From Thermofilaceae archaeon (GTDB lineage Archaea; Thermoproteota; Thermoprotei; Thermofilales; Thermofilaceae), in the NCBI GenBank assembly GCA_025057995.1, contig JANXEW010000004.1, forward strand, positions 24,801 to 88,800: a stretch of 64,000 nucleotides of DNA, read 5' to 3'. Below are positions 47,671-56,257 of the stretch, piece after piece. The notes below the pieces were generated by a model. That model ran no database searches, had not been told where the DNA came from, and saw nothing but the letters and a program-made list of their open reading frames with translations. Numbering within the stretch: position 1 is the first letter of the stretch; every line of letters begins with the position of its first letter. A program made the position numbers and the translations under genes.

Positions 47671-48810
47671 CTATTTGAGCGCTTCCCCCGGGGGCCTGTA
47701 AGCGTAAAGCAGAGGTATTGAGAAGAAAGAGATCGCAGCAGCCGTCAGGTACATGGTTGAGAAACCTTGCTTTGAAAGTAGGACACCAAGGAGGTATCCG
47801 CCTATCATACCGCCGAGGTTTGACGCAATCGGGTACAAGCTCGCTGCCACGCCTTTAGCATCTATCAATGTTTCCGTAAGGTAAGCTGTGGCGACAACGT
47901 ATAGCCCGCCGAATGTAAGACCGTGTAACAGTTGAACGGCTATTACCAGGGCAGGTTCCCTTAACAATCCTGTAAGCGCGAAACGGAGGGGGTAGGCTGC
48001 TAAACAAAGGGTCATAACCTTCCTTCGTCCGAAGCGGTCCGATAAGGAGCCGAGAAACACCATCGCCGGGATTTCAGCGAAAGGAGTTACGGAGAAGGCT
48101 ACGGACGCCAGCAAATCCGGGGCTTTAAGCTCCTTTACAATGTATAGGGGGAGGAAAGTATAGTAAGCCGGGTTCGCCACCGAAGCTGTTAAAAGCGCCA
48201 TCATCACCGCGAGAACGCCTCCTCTTCTTAGGGCGGAAAGTTGAAGCGAGCCAGGGGATTTGATGTTTCTAGTCATTTTGGGGAGGCCGGGACCGTATAG
48301 GAGGGCTGAAGACACGAAGACTATTGCCGAGAACAGAAAGGTGTAAATTGTGCTTAAGTACTGTTTGAGGAGACCACCCGCTAGCGTACCGACGACCCAA
48401 CCTGCAGCTCCTGACGTTCTCATAGCTCCGAAACTCGCACCCCGCCTTCCGCCGATGAAATCCATGGCAACAGCAGCGCTAAGAGACATCGAAGTGAAAG
48501 CAAGTGCAACGTATACTGGGTGGATGTAGAGAAAGCTCAAGAAGCTCGAAGCTGGGATGTAAGCTAACACGACTGCTGCTAATACTAGGCATAACGTGGC
48601 TTGGAGATCACTTCTTCTAGCCATGAAATCTGACAGGATGCTCAAAAGGAAAGTCGCGAACAGCGACACAACAGACGATATAGAGGCTAGGAGGCCGACT
48701 TCAACGTCGCTAAGACCTCTTGAAGCCATGTAGACCGGAAGCTGCGGGTTTACTGCACCAACAGCTGCGTACAGTAGAAACATGGCCATCCAGAGCCTCT
48801 GTAGCCGCAT
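47671..48810 (-). CDS. MFS transporter (MFS_1_like)
   Basis: About 12 TMs; motif A LSDRFGRR; AEIP; QLLHGLTFG. Confidence 0.9.
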   Translation of the reverse strand: MRLQRLWMAMFLLYAAVGAVNPQLPVYMASRGLSDVEVGLLASISSVVSLFATFLLSILSDFMARRSDLQATLCLVLAAVVLAYIPASSFLSFLYIHPVYVALAFTSMSLSAAVAMDFIGGRRGASFGAMRTSGAAGWVVGTLAGGLLKQYLSTIYTFLFSAIVFVSSALLYGPGLPKMTRNIKSPGSLQLSALRRGGVLAVMMALLTASVANPAYYTFLPLYIVKELKAPDLLASVAFSVTPFAEIPAMVFLGSLSDRFGRRKVMTLCLAAYPLRFALTGLLREPALVIAVQLLHGLTFGGLYVVATAYLTETLIDAKGVAASLYPIASNLGGMIGGYLLGVLLSKQGFSTMYLTAAAISFFSIPLLYAYRPPGEALK

Positions 48811-48869
48811 GCCGACTCCTCAAACACACTTATCGATAACCTTTTCCACTCTGCGTTCTGACTGAGCGC

Positions 48870-49598
48870 GTGCCTTTAAGCAACTCGAGAAAGGAGATGG
48901 CAGAAGCGGTAGCGTTGGATCTCGCTTCATCGTTTATCAGGAAAAAAGCGTTAGGGATCGTCTTCCTCGGCGCCCTGGCTAGGGGTTATTTCGACGATTA
49001 TTCAGACATCGACATAGTCGTATACAAGAGGAAGGGGGTGATGCTCTGTTGGCCACGCGAAAAAGAGTTCAAGTATAGGGGTTTTATCATAGACCTTGAA
49101 GTGAGGAACTATGAGAGAGACTTATACAGAGTTTGGACCCTTGAAGAAAGATGGGTTTTCTCCCACGCTAAAATACACTTTGACCCTGAAGGGTTGATTA
49201 AGGACCTCCTCAATCTCAAGGTCCCCTTAAGCCAGAACGAGAGAAGTAATATTCTAAGAGATGAAACTTGCAAGGCAAGCTGGAGTATAGGCGACATAGA
49301 CGCCTGGCTATACAGGGGAGACATCCCGAGCGCTCACTATGCCGTAACTACAGCCTTCAAACACCTTCTTCGAGCCCTGGCTGCACTAAACAACGTACCC
49401 CCGCCACCTGACAAGTGGCTTATCAACGTGGCTTTCAGCCTACCATTGCGTCCGCCACAACTCTCTGAAATCGTCCGAGAAGTCCTGCTTTGCAAGGAAA
49501 TGAGTGCCGAAGACTTACACCGCAGGAAAGCCGCTGTAGAAGATCTCATGGAGTGGCTGATATCTCACCGCCAGAGCTTGTGCCTTGAGCAACTCTGA
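48870..49598 (+). CDS. Pol-beta superfamily nucleotidyltransferase with helical C-terminal domain
   Basis: FLGALARG.FD.YSDIDIVV, IDLE third Asp, PPPDKW. Confidence 0.8.
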   Translation: MPLSNSRKEMAEAVALDLASSFIRKKALGIVFLGALARGYFDDYSDIDIVVYKRKGVMLCWPREKEFKYRGFIIDLEVRNYERDLYRVWTLEERWVFSHAKIHFDPEGLIKDLLNLKVPLSQNERSNILRDETCKASWSIGDIDAWLYRGDIPSAHYAVTTAFKHLLRALAALNNVPPPPDKWLINVAFSLPLRPPQLSEIVREVLLCKEMSAEDLHRRKAAVEDLMEWLISHRQSLCLEQL

Positions 49599-49657
49599 AA
49601 GAGACTTCGTTAAGAATCGAGTATCTCGGGCCCCTAATCAGCTATCCTTTTTAGTAG

Positions 49658-50482
49658 ATGAGTTCACCGCGCAACCCTATGAGGAGTTTAATTTTGCTCT
49701 TGACAGGGCTGCTGCTTGTTCACTTGGTATTGTGTGAACCTTTCCCAGTATCGCTTATGGTTGATGCCAGCGTAAAGAGTCCGGCCGGCCCCCTCACCTA
49801 CCGTGTCACTGTGACGGCGTCGAGACAGGTGGATGTCAGAGTCAGGGCTAGCGTCATCCCGCCGAGTGGCGACCAGAGCACCTGGAAGACGTTGTGGGAG
49901 GGGCGACTTGAGAGGGGGGAAACGAAAATCCTTGAGGCTAGTGAAGAGACGCCCCCGAGACTTGGCAGCTACGTCGTATGGGTTGCTGTCGATTTCGTAA
50001 GCGCTCAAGATTATATGGTCGTCAACGGGAGAATGTACTACGCAACGTACGATGTGGTACACGTTCTAACAGTCTACGAGCCGAGCGTGGAACGTTGGAG
50101 GACACTGTACCTACAAGCCTTAAACGAAAGTGAAAGATACAAGCTCCTCTACGCTAACGCCTCCAATGAGATTAACGTTTTACTCCAGAAGTGTAAAGCG
50201 CTAGAGGAGGAGGCAGCGAGACTAAAGGTTAATCTCTCAAGCTTGAAGACATCTTATGACCAACTTTACGCTGAGTGCTCTACGGTTAAAGAGGAGAGGA
50301 ACACGTTGAGACAGTTGCTCGAGAGGAGGGAGACCGATGCTAGAAGACTAACCGTCTTGTTGATCATGCTCGCGTCTCTTTCTCTCATCCTGGGCGGCGC
50401 GCTCGTAGCGTTAACGCTAAGTTGTAGGAAAGCCGCAACGAGGGAGAGGATTCCCCCGCCACCTCCGCCTCCTCCAGGCTAG
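49658..50482 (+). CDS. Membrane-anchored coiled-coil protein with C-terminal polyproline tail
   Basis: Signal peptide, beta-rich domain, coiled coil, TM, RERIPPPPPPPPG. Confidence 0.75.
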   Translation: MSSPRNPMRSLILLLTGLLLVHLVLCEPFPVSLMVDASVKSPAGPLTYRVTVTASRQVDVRVRASVIPPSGDQSTWKTLWEGRLERGETKILEASEETPPRLGSYVVWVAVDFVSAQDYMVVNGRMYYATYDVVHVLTVYEPSVERWRTLYLQALNESERYKLLYANASNEINVLLQKCKALEEEAARLKVNLSSLKTSYDQLYAECSTVKEERNTLRQLLERRETDARRLTVLLIMLASLSLILGGALVALTLSCRKAATRERIPPPPPPPPG

Positions 50483-50536
50483 ACTCCATAAACCCTTAGG
50501 TTTTTTCTCTAGCTTATATCGCGAGAGAGAGGTTAA

Positions 50537-50680
50537 GGGTCGTGCGGATTTCGAACCACCGCTCGAGACCAGGTGCGTTCCTCACACTGGTTACCTCGGG
50601 GTTATGAGCCCCGCGGGATACCTGGCTTCCCCACCCCGCTTTGAATGGTAGCGGGGGGTGGATGCTCGTCCGCACGACCC
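50537..50680 (-). repeat. 12-bp perfect inverted repeat flanking the permuted tRNA (outer helix of the BHB)
   Basis: GGGTCGTGCGGA at 50537-50548 and TCCGCACGACCC at 50669-50680. Confidence 0.92.
50550..50662 (-). tRNA. Permuted, intron-containing initiator tRNA-Met(CAT)
   Basis: On the minus strand the 3' piece T60..CCA (TCCACCCCCCGCTACCA, 50662-50646) precedes a 5-nt linker (TTCAA) and the 5' piece (AGCGGGG...TTCGAA, 50640-50550). Anticodon CAT at 50606-50604; A1-U72 and three G-C anticodon-stem pairs mark it as initiator; 31-nt intron at 50592-50562. Confidence 0.95.
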
Positions 50681-50703
50681 CGGAGAGGTGCATCCACACC
50701 CCC

Positions 50704-50717
50704 GGTTTAAGCTTTTC
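50704..50717 (-). promoter_or_regulatory. BRE/TATA promoter of the tRNA precursor
   Basis: GAAAAGCTTAAACC on the minus strand, about 25 nt upstream of the leader start near 50681. Confidence 0.7.
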
Positions 50718-50806
50718 GTTCTATACTACAGCTTAGCTTAAGATTACCGCACCAAGTGAACTAGTTGGTGCGAAAGCCGGTTTCTTTTAACTCGAACGGG
50801 TCTCTG

Positions 50807-51829
50807 TTATAACGTGGGGGGCGGTATATGAAGTATCGGCTTCGGTTTATACGGCTCCTCCAGGTACTTCGCTTCGTCGTTTGAGAGCTTTATGTTGAGA
50901 GCCTCTACAGCTTCTTCCAAGTGCTCGACCTTACTTGTGCCGATTATCGCTACGTCAATGCCCTTATAGAATAACCAAGCTAACGCGATTTGAGAAGGTT
51001 TAACTCCTTTCCGCTCAGCTATCTCGATGACTCTCCGAACTATCTCAGCGTTCTCAGGAGGCTCCACGTAAGCTTTGTAAGCGTAAAACTCTGCAGCGGT
51101 TAGACGCCCAGGTCCATCCGGTGGCACGACTATTTTCCCATCCTTGTAAAACCTTCCGCTTAGGACGCCTGCCGCTAGAGGGCTGTAAACCATGTAAGCG
51201 ATACCATGCGCCTTACAGAAGGGTATCATCTCCCTCTCCTCCTCCCTGTAGAGAAGATTATAAGGGGTCTGCGTACTTACAAACTTCTCGTAACCCTTAA
51301 ACTCGGCGATGTAGTAAGCCTTAGCGAACTGCCACGCGTACATGCTTGACGCCCCTATGTACCTCACGTTACCTTTGTGTACGAGATCTGTAAGCGTCTT
51401 AAGCGTCTCCTCGATAGGTGTCTCGTAATCCCATCTGTGTATTTGGTATAAATCAATGTAGTCAGTCCTAAGTCTTTTCAACGACTCGTTTACCTGTCTC
51501 ATTATATGCTTCCTTGATAAACCTCTATCGTTGGGACCCTGACCCGTGGGGAAGTAGACCTTTGTGGCAACCACGGCATCATCCCTTCTCCCCTGCAGGA
51601 ATTCGCCGAGAATCTCTTCAGACTTGCCCCTAGAGTATACGTTAGCTGTATCGAAGAAGTTTATGCCCAAGTCCCAAGCTCTCTCCATCACTTTGAAGGC
51701 TTCCTCTCTGCCAACCACCCATCCACCGGTTCCAAAGACCTGTAGAGAAGGGTCTCCAAAAGACATGCACCCTATACATATCCTCGAGACCTTGAGACCA
51801 GACAAACCTAGGCGGACGTAGTTCATCAC
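50807..51829 (-). CDS. Aldo/keto reductase
   Basis: LG.SGLKVSRICIG, FFDTANVY, VATK, DLYQIH, YIGAS. Confidence 0.95.
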   Translation of the reverse strand: MMNYVRLGLSGLKVSRICIGCMSFGDPSLQVFGTGGWVVGREEAFKVMERAWDLGINFFDTANVYSRGKSEEILGEFLQGRRDDAVVATKVYFPTGQGPNDRGLSRKHIMRQVNESLKRLRTDYIDLYQIHRWDYETPIEETLKTLTDLVHKGNVRYIGASSMYAWQFAKAYYIAEFKGYEKFVSTQTPYNLLYREEEREMIPFCKAHGIAYMVYSPLAAGVLSGRFYKDGKIVVPPDGPGRLTAAEFYAYKAYVEPPENAEIVRRVIEIAERKGVKPSQIALAWLFYKGIDVAIIGTSKVEHLEEAVEALNIKLSNDEAKYLEEPYKPKPILHIPPPTL

Positions 51830-51911
51830 GTATATACTGTGAGTTGACTTATATATGAGTTACCCTAACCCTTCGCAAAACTTTTTACAGCGATTTTAAC
51901 TATATTCGGAT

Positions 51912-52673
51912 ATGAGCTGCCTTGAAGAATTAGTTCAAGTCCCGAGTGCAGGTTACATGTTAGCAGGGGTTCTGCACTTGCCCGCTGAAGCAACCAAGTC
52001 GAAGCCCGTCCTCCTATTGCACGGCTTCACTGGGAACAAGAGTGAAGCAGGCAGACTCTTTACCGACTTAGCACGCGCCCTTTGCTCCGCAGGCTATGCA
52101 GTGTTACGCTTTGACTTCCGCTGCCACGGAGACTCGCCGCTTCCGTTTGAGGAGTTCAGCGTTTGGAAAGCCGTTGAAGACGCGGAAAATTCTATCAGTT
52201 ACCTGAAATCCATCGATAAGGTGGATGCGTCACGCTTCGCTGTAGTGGGTTTAAGTATGGGAGGAGGGGTCGCTGTCAAAGTGGCCGCAGGTCGCGACGA
52301 CGTATCAGCGCTTGTCTTGTTGTCTCCGGGACTCGTCTGGCTCGAGTTATGGCCGTTGAGAGGCTATGTGACCCGGATTACGCTGGAAGGGGGTTACGCG
52401 TACGAAGGCTGGTATAGAATGAGGCTTGATAACTTAAGGGACAGTCTCAAGTTCTCGGTGATGGAGTTAGCCGACCAAGTGAAAGCTCCTACTCTTATCG
52501 TTCACGCTACCGACGATAACCTCGTGCCGATAGATCACGCGAAGCGGTTTTACGAGAAACTTAAAGTGGAGAAAAAGTTTCTAGAGGTGACGGGCGGGCA
52601 CGTGTTCATGGACTACTGGCTTAGAAGGAGGATAGAGAGCGAAATAACCGCCTGGATCAAAGCTCACCTCTAA
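51912..52673 (+). CDS. Alpha/beta hydrolase, paralog of 20319-21071
   Basis: LHGFTG, GLSMGG, DNLVP, GGHVF. Confidence 0.9.
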   Translation: MSCLEELVQVPSAGYMLAGVLHLPAEATKSKPVLLLHGFTGNKSEAGRLFTDLARALCSAGYAVLRFDFRCHGDSPLPFEEFSVWKAVEDAENSISYLKSIDKVDASRFAVVGLSMGGGVAVKVAAGRDDVSALVLLSPGLVWLELWPLRGYVTRITLEGGYAYEGWYRMRLDNLRDSLKFSVMELADQVKAPTLIVHATDDNLVPIDHAKRFYEKLKVEKKFLEVTGGHVFMDYWLRRRIESEITAWIKAHL

Positions 52674-53335
52674 ACTCTTCCTCTAGCGTTCAGTGAAGAT
52701 AATCTAGTGTAGGATTCCATGAGCTCCACTAACTCTTGTAGGTTTAATTCCCTCGCCAAGTCGAGAGGTGTTCTACCTCCCGAGTCTTTAGCGTTCGGGT
52801 CGGCGCCGTACTGGAGAAGGAGGCTGACTACGTCTCTGCTACCGCTAAAGACAGCTACGTGAAGAGGCGTTACATCATCCTCTCCGGTAGCGTTAACTTC
52901 AGCGCCGTTTTCGAGCAACAGGTTGACGATTGACGCTTGACCTCTCGCAGATGCCAAATGTAGTGGGGTAAACCCTCGTGAATCTCTCACGTTCGTGTCT
53001 GCCCCCTCGTTCAGCAATCTTTCAACTTCTGCTACGTCCCCCTTCCTTATGGCGTCGTATAGTTTAACCCCTAGTCCACTGTTTTTCTGAACTCTCTGCG
53101 CTAAAGCGTGTGCTTTCACCCCTGGTTGTCGACAGAGGGGCTTTTCAGGGTCTTGAACCCTGGTTCCTAGGAGTGCGCAATTATTTGTCGGGGCGAGGTA
53201 GAAGACGCACTTCGAACACGCTCTTCTCATGTTTACGGAGCATGTGGCATTCGGGTCTTCCACTTTAACTCCTAGGAGTAAGCAGAACCTCTCGTTGCTA
53301 AGGAAGTAGACGCAGCTACTGCATACTTTTCTCAT
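52670..53335 (-). CDS. Ankyrin-repeat protein with two N-terminal Cys4 repeats
   Basis: GFTPLHLA, VTPLHVA, GRTPLDLA, GADPN; N-terminal CSSC...C...C and CSKC...C...C repeats. Confidence 0.9.
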   Translation of the reverse strand: MRKVCSSCVYFLSNERFCLLLGVKVEDPNATCSVNMRRACSKCVFYLAPTNNCALLGTRVQDPEKPLCRQPGVKAHALAQRVQKNSGLGVKLYDAIRKGDVAEVERLLNEGADTNVRDSRGFTPLHLASARGQASIVNLLLENGAEVNATGEDDVTPLHVAVFSGSRDVVSLLLQYGADPNAKDSGGRTPLDLARELNLQELVELMESYTRLSSLNARGRV

Positions 53336-53426
53336 GTCAACGTGTTGAAATAGAGTTCACCTTGAAATACTTTTGCAGGGTGCTATAAGCGTAACTATTT
53401 TAGTTAGCCTTTAGGGATCCACTACT

Positions 53427-54578
53427 GTGAAGAAGCTTAAGTACGCTGTCATCGGAGCGGGGATCATAGGATGCCAGCATGCTGGAGTAGCCGCTAAACT
53501 CGAGGAGTATGAACTGGTCGCGGTGGCCGACATAGTTGAGGAGAAAGCCAAATCGTTGGCCGAAGAGTTCAACATCCGAGCATATACAAACTACATTGAA
53601 ATGCTCGAGAAGGAGGAGTTGGACGTCGTCTCAATCTGTACACCTCACCCGACGCATGCCGAAGTGGCGATCGAAGCGATGAAGCGCGGGGTTAACGTCT
53701 TGACTGAAAAGCCGATGGCGGCAACTGTCAACCAATGCCAGGCGATGATTAAGGAGTCGAGGAAGAGGGGGGTGAAGCTTGGAGTCGTCTTCCAGTACCG
53801 TTTCGAACCACGCTATCGCAAAGCTAGGGCACTAATTTCAGCTGGGGAGCTGGGCGACGTGTACAGAGGTCTGCTTCGATATGTTACATATAGGGATATG
53901 GCCTACTTCGCTAGCGCCGCTTGGCGCGGAAAGTGGCATACAGAGGGGGGTGGCGTGCTTATTAACCAGGCTGTACACTTTGTTGACTTGTTCCTTTGGA
54001 TGGTTGGGAAAAGGGCAACTGAAGTGTTCGCTTTTGCTGGCACGCTTGGTCACGAAATTGAAGTCGAGGACCTAGTAAGCTCCGCCGTACTCTTCGAAGG
54101 AGGCTGCCAGGGGGTCATCCAGTGTTCAACCTTGGACTACCCCGATATGATAAACATCGAGGTTCGCGGTGACAGAGGAATGTTGCTAGTGGAGACGAGC
54201 CCCAAGAACGTAGAGGGGGGCTTGAGAAACGAGACGCGCGTCTACCTCTATAGAAACTCGCCGCCTATTAGGAGAGTTATCTTTTCCTCGCTCAAACCCG
54301 GATACCGTAGGTTAGGCTGTGAGATTGAAGAGATCACAGAAGAGCCTTCCTCTACGAGGTCGTCGCATGAAGCTGTGCTCAGGGACTTCGCAAAAGCGGT
54401 GCTTGAGGACCGTGAGCCCGAGGTGCCAGGTGAAGAAGGAATGAAATCCGTTGAACTTGTGAACGCCATCATACTGTCTGCCGCAGAGCATACGACTGTA
54501 AAGTTGCCTCTCGAGCCAGCGCGATACGACGCGCTTCTCAGCAAACTCACGAACTTGCGTTCACCACCGTGGGATTAG
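53427..54578 (+). CDS. Gfo/Idh/MocA oxidoreductase
   Basis: IGAGIIG, CTP..H, EKP, GGGVLINQAVH. Confidence 0.93.
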   Translation: MKKLKYAVIGAGIIGCQHAGVAAKLEEYELVAVADIVEEKAKSLAEEFNIRAYTNYIEMLEKEELDVVSICTPHPTHAEVAIEAMKRGVNVLTEKPMAATVNQCQAMIKESRKRGVKLGVVFQYRFEPRYRKARALISAGELGDVYRGLLRYVTYRDMAYFASAAWRGKWHTEGGGVLINQAVHFVDLFLWMVGKRATEVFAFAGTLGHEIEVEDLVSSAVLFEGGCQGVIQCSTLDYPDMINIEVRGDRGMLLVETSPKNVEGGLRNETRVYLYRNSPPIRRVIFSSLKPGYRRLGCEIEEITEEPSSTRSSHEAVLRDFAKAVLEDREPEVPGEEGMKSVELVNAIILSAAEHTTVKLPLEPARYDALLSKLTNLRSPPWD

Positions 54579-54623
54579 AAAAGGGGGAGATATAGAAATA
54601 AGCCTCTAGAATGAATCCCTCAC

Positions 54624-55634
54624 GTGAGCGGGATAAGGTTTGGTCGAATCCTAGAGAGAGATGTTCAGGAATCCTTCTATTGTTGGGTAAGGGAGGCGAT
54701 AGGAGAAGGGGCAGAACGTTTCCGGCTTGAGGACCCTAGCAAGTTCTGGCGCTTTTCCTGGGATGAGAAAATCTACACGGAGTTTACGGAAGCTACTTAT
54801 AAGAGGCCGCCAGGTCTGGTAACGCTATCACTGCGTTCGCGTGAGGTCTTTCAGAACGGTGTCTTTCAGCTGCACGCTAAGCTACCTGATTGGGGTCCCC
54901 AGGGTCCGATGCTGTGGTTCGGGTTCGAAGCTGAAGACCTTTTTGGAGGCGGTGTAGCCCACTTCATGCTACAAGGTGGGCAGCTTAGGGCCTTTGCAGG
55001 CGCTTGGCCGCACCCGACCAGCCTCCGCCTCGCAGGTCTTCCGGAGGACTATAGTTCCAAGCGTCATACGTATACTGTAAGAGTCCATGACAGGTTGTGC
55101 CTGTGGTTTATCGACAACAGGTTGAGCGCCGCGATGGCTCTCACCGATAGTGAGAAGAACTTCGTCTTATACGAGGGAATGCCATACTCGTTGGGCGTAA
55201 CCGTGCTGAAACCAAGCGCTATGGCCATCCTTATAGACATCGACGGCGGGACAACTGAGAGGGAATGGGTTTGGAACGACCTTCACCCATGGGGGCTTAG
55301 AGTCCTTGAGGGTAGCGCAAAGCCATACCTAGCTCTCAAACTGTACCGTTACGGCAGAGACGAGACTCTTGAGGGCAAGGTTGAAGGGGTAACCGTCTCC
55401 CACCCTGTACCAGCAGCAGGCTCCAGAGTCACTTTCAGCGTGGTGTCCACAGTGAACCTTGCGCGCGTCGAGGCTTGCACGCTCGACGGTCGTTGGGTAG
55501 TCTTGGATGAGCTTGAGCTGAAAGCTGGAAAGCTTCTGCGATGGTCGGAGGTCGTGAGCGAGCCGTTCGTCAGATTAACGCTAGAGCCCGTCGGACAGGG
55601 CGAAGTTTCACTAGCTGAAGCGTACATTTGTTAG
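54624..55634 (+). CDS. Hypothetical protein, possibly a ConA-like beta-sandwich
   Basis: 336-aa ORF co-oriented with the oxidoreductase; HTYTVR...WFIDN resembles the laminin-G/ConA strand pattern. Confidence 0.55.
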   Translation: MSGIRFGRILERDVQESFYCWVREAIGEGAERFRLEDPSKFWRFSWDEKIYTEFTEATYKRPPGLVTLSLRSREVFQNGVFQLHAKLPDWGPQGPMLWFGFEAEDLFGGGVAHFMLQGGQLRAFAGAWPHPTSLRLAGLPEDYSSKRHTYTVRVHDRLCLWFIDNRLSAAMALTDSEKNFVLYEGMPYSLGVTVLKPSAMAILIDIDGGTTEREWVWNDLHPWGLRVLEGSAKPYLALKLYRYGRDETLEGKVEGVTVSHPVPAAGSRVTFSVVSTVNLARVEACTLDGRWVVLDELELKAGKLLRWSEVVSEPFVRLTLEPVGQGEVSLAEAYIC

Positions 55635-56191
55635 AGACCTATACACTCTGCGACTTGATTCGTCGCCTCGAGGGCGGTAGCTAGGAAGTCTTCTAGCTTC
55701 AAACCTAGCAGCTCGCATTCTTTCAAACGATCTCTGTCCACACCCCTAGCGAAATCTTTCTGTCTAAACTTGCGCAACAGACTCTCGAGCTTTACTTCAG
55801 CTAGTTTCTTGCTCGGCATCACGAGAGCGGTAGCTATGATTAACCCGCTCGCGTGGTCCGCTGCTCTTAATGCATGCGTTAAACGCTCGGCTGCTGGATT
55901 TATCGCTTTAAAACCGTTGTGCTCATTGTGTCCTGCAATCGCCTCTAGAGCATGTAGAGGCAGTTTCCCTTCTAAGATTTCGAGAGCCTTCAAGCCGTGT
56001 CGGCTAGGATCTTGCCCAACTTCGTCGTAGTCGATGTCGTGCAGAAGTCCTACCAGTCCCCACGTCTCCTCTTCTTCGCCCAAAACCCGCGCAACTGCCC
56101 TCATTATTGCTTCGACCGCTAGACAATGTTTCACCATCCTGTCGTTCTTCAAGTGCTTCTTCAGAAGCTCGAAAGCCTCCCCTCTGTCCAC
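55631..56191 (-). CDS. HD/HDIG-domain metal-dependent phosphohydrolase
   Basis: HCLAVE, GLLHDIDY, H, GH, AD, KDFARGVDR. Confidence 0.9.
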   Translation of the reverse strand: MDRGEAFELLKKHLKNDRMVKHCLAVEAIMRAVARVLGEEEETWGLVGLLHDIDYDEVGQDPSRHGLKALEILEGKLPLHALEAIAGHNEHNGFKAINPAAERLTHALRAADHASGLIIATALVMPSKKLAEVKLESLLRKFRQKDFARGVDRDRLKECELLGLKLEDFLATALEATNQVAECIGL

Positions 56192-56257
56192 ATTCTAGCC
56201 CACTCTGCTCGAAGGTAAAAGCTTGATGTTTAATACCTCCATTTTGGAAGGGTTCTC

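Noticed and set aside
48870..49598. MNT-HEPN toxin-antitoxin system or antibiotic resistance gene
   Set aside because: No adjacent HEPN partner or clear RX4-6H RNase motif; substrate cannot be inferred from sequence
50514..50699. 61-aa ORF on the minus strand
   Set aside because: Lies entirely over the permuted tRNA-iMet precursor; spurious
50483..50806. Integrated element or att site at the tRNA
   Set aside because: The partial tRNA copy is inverted, not a direct repeat, and no integrase or virus/plasmid genes are nearby
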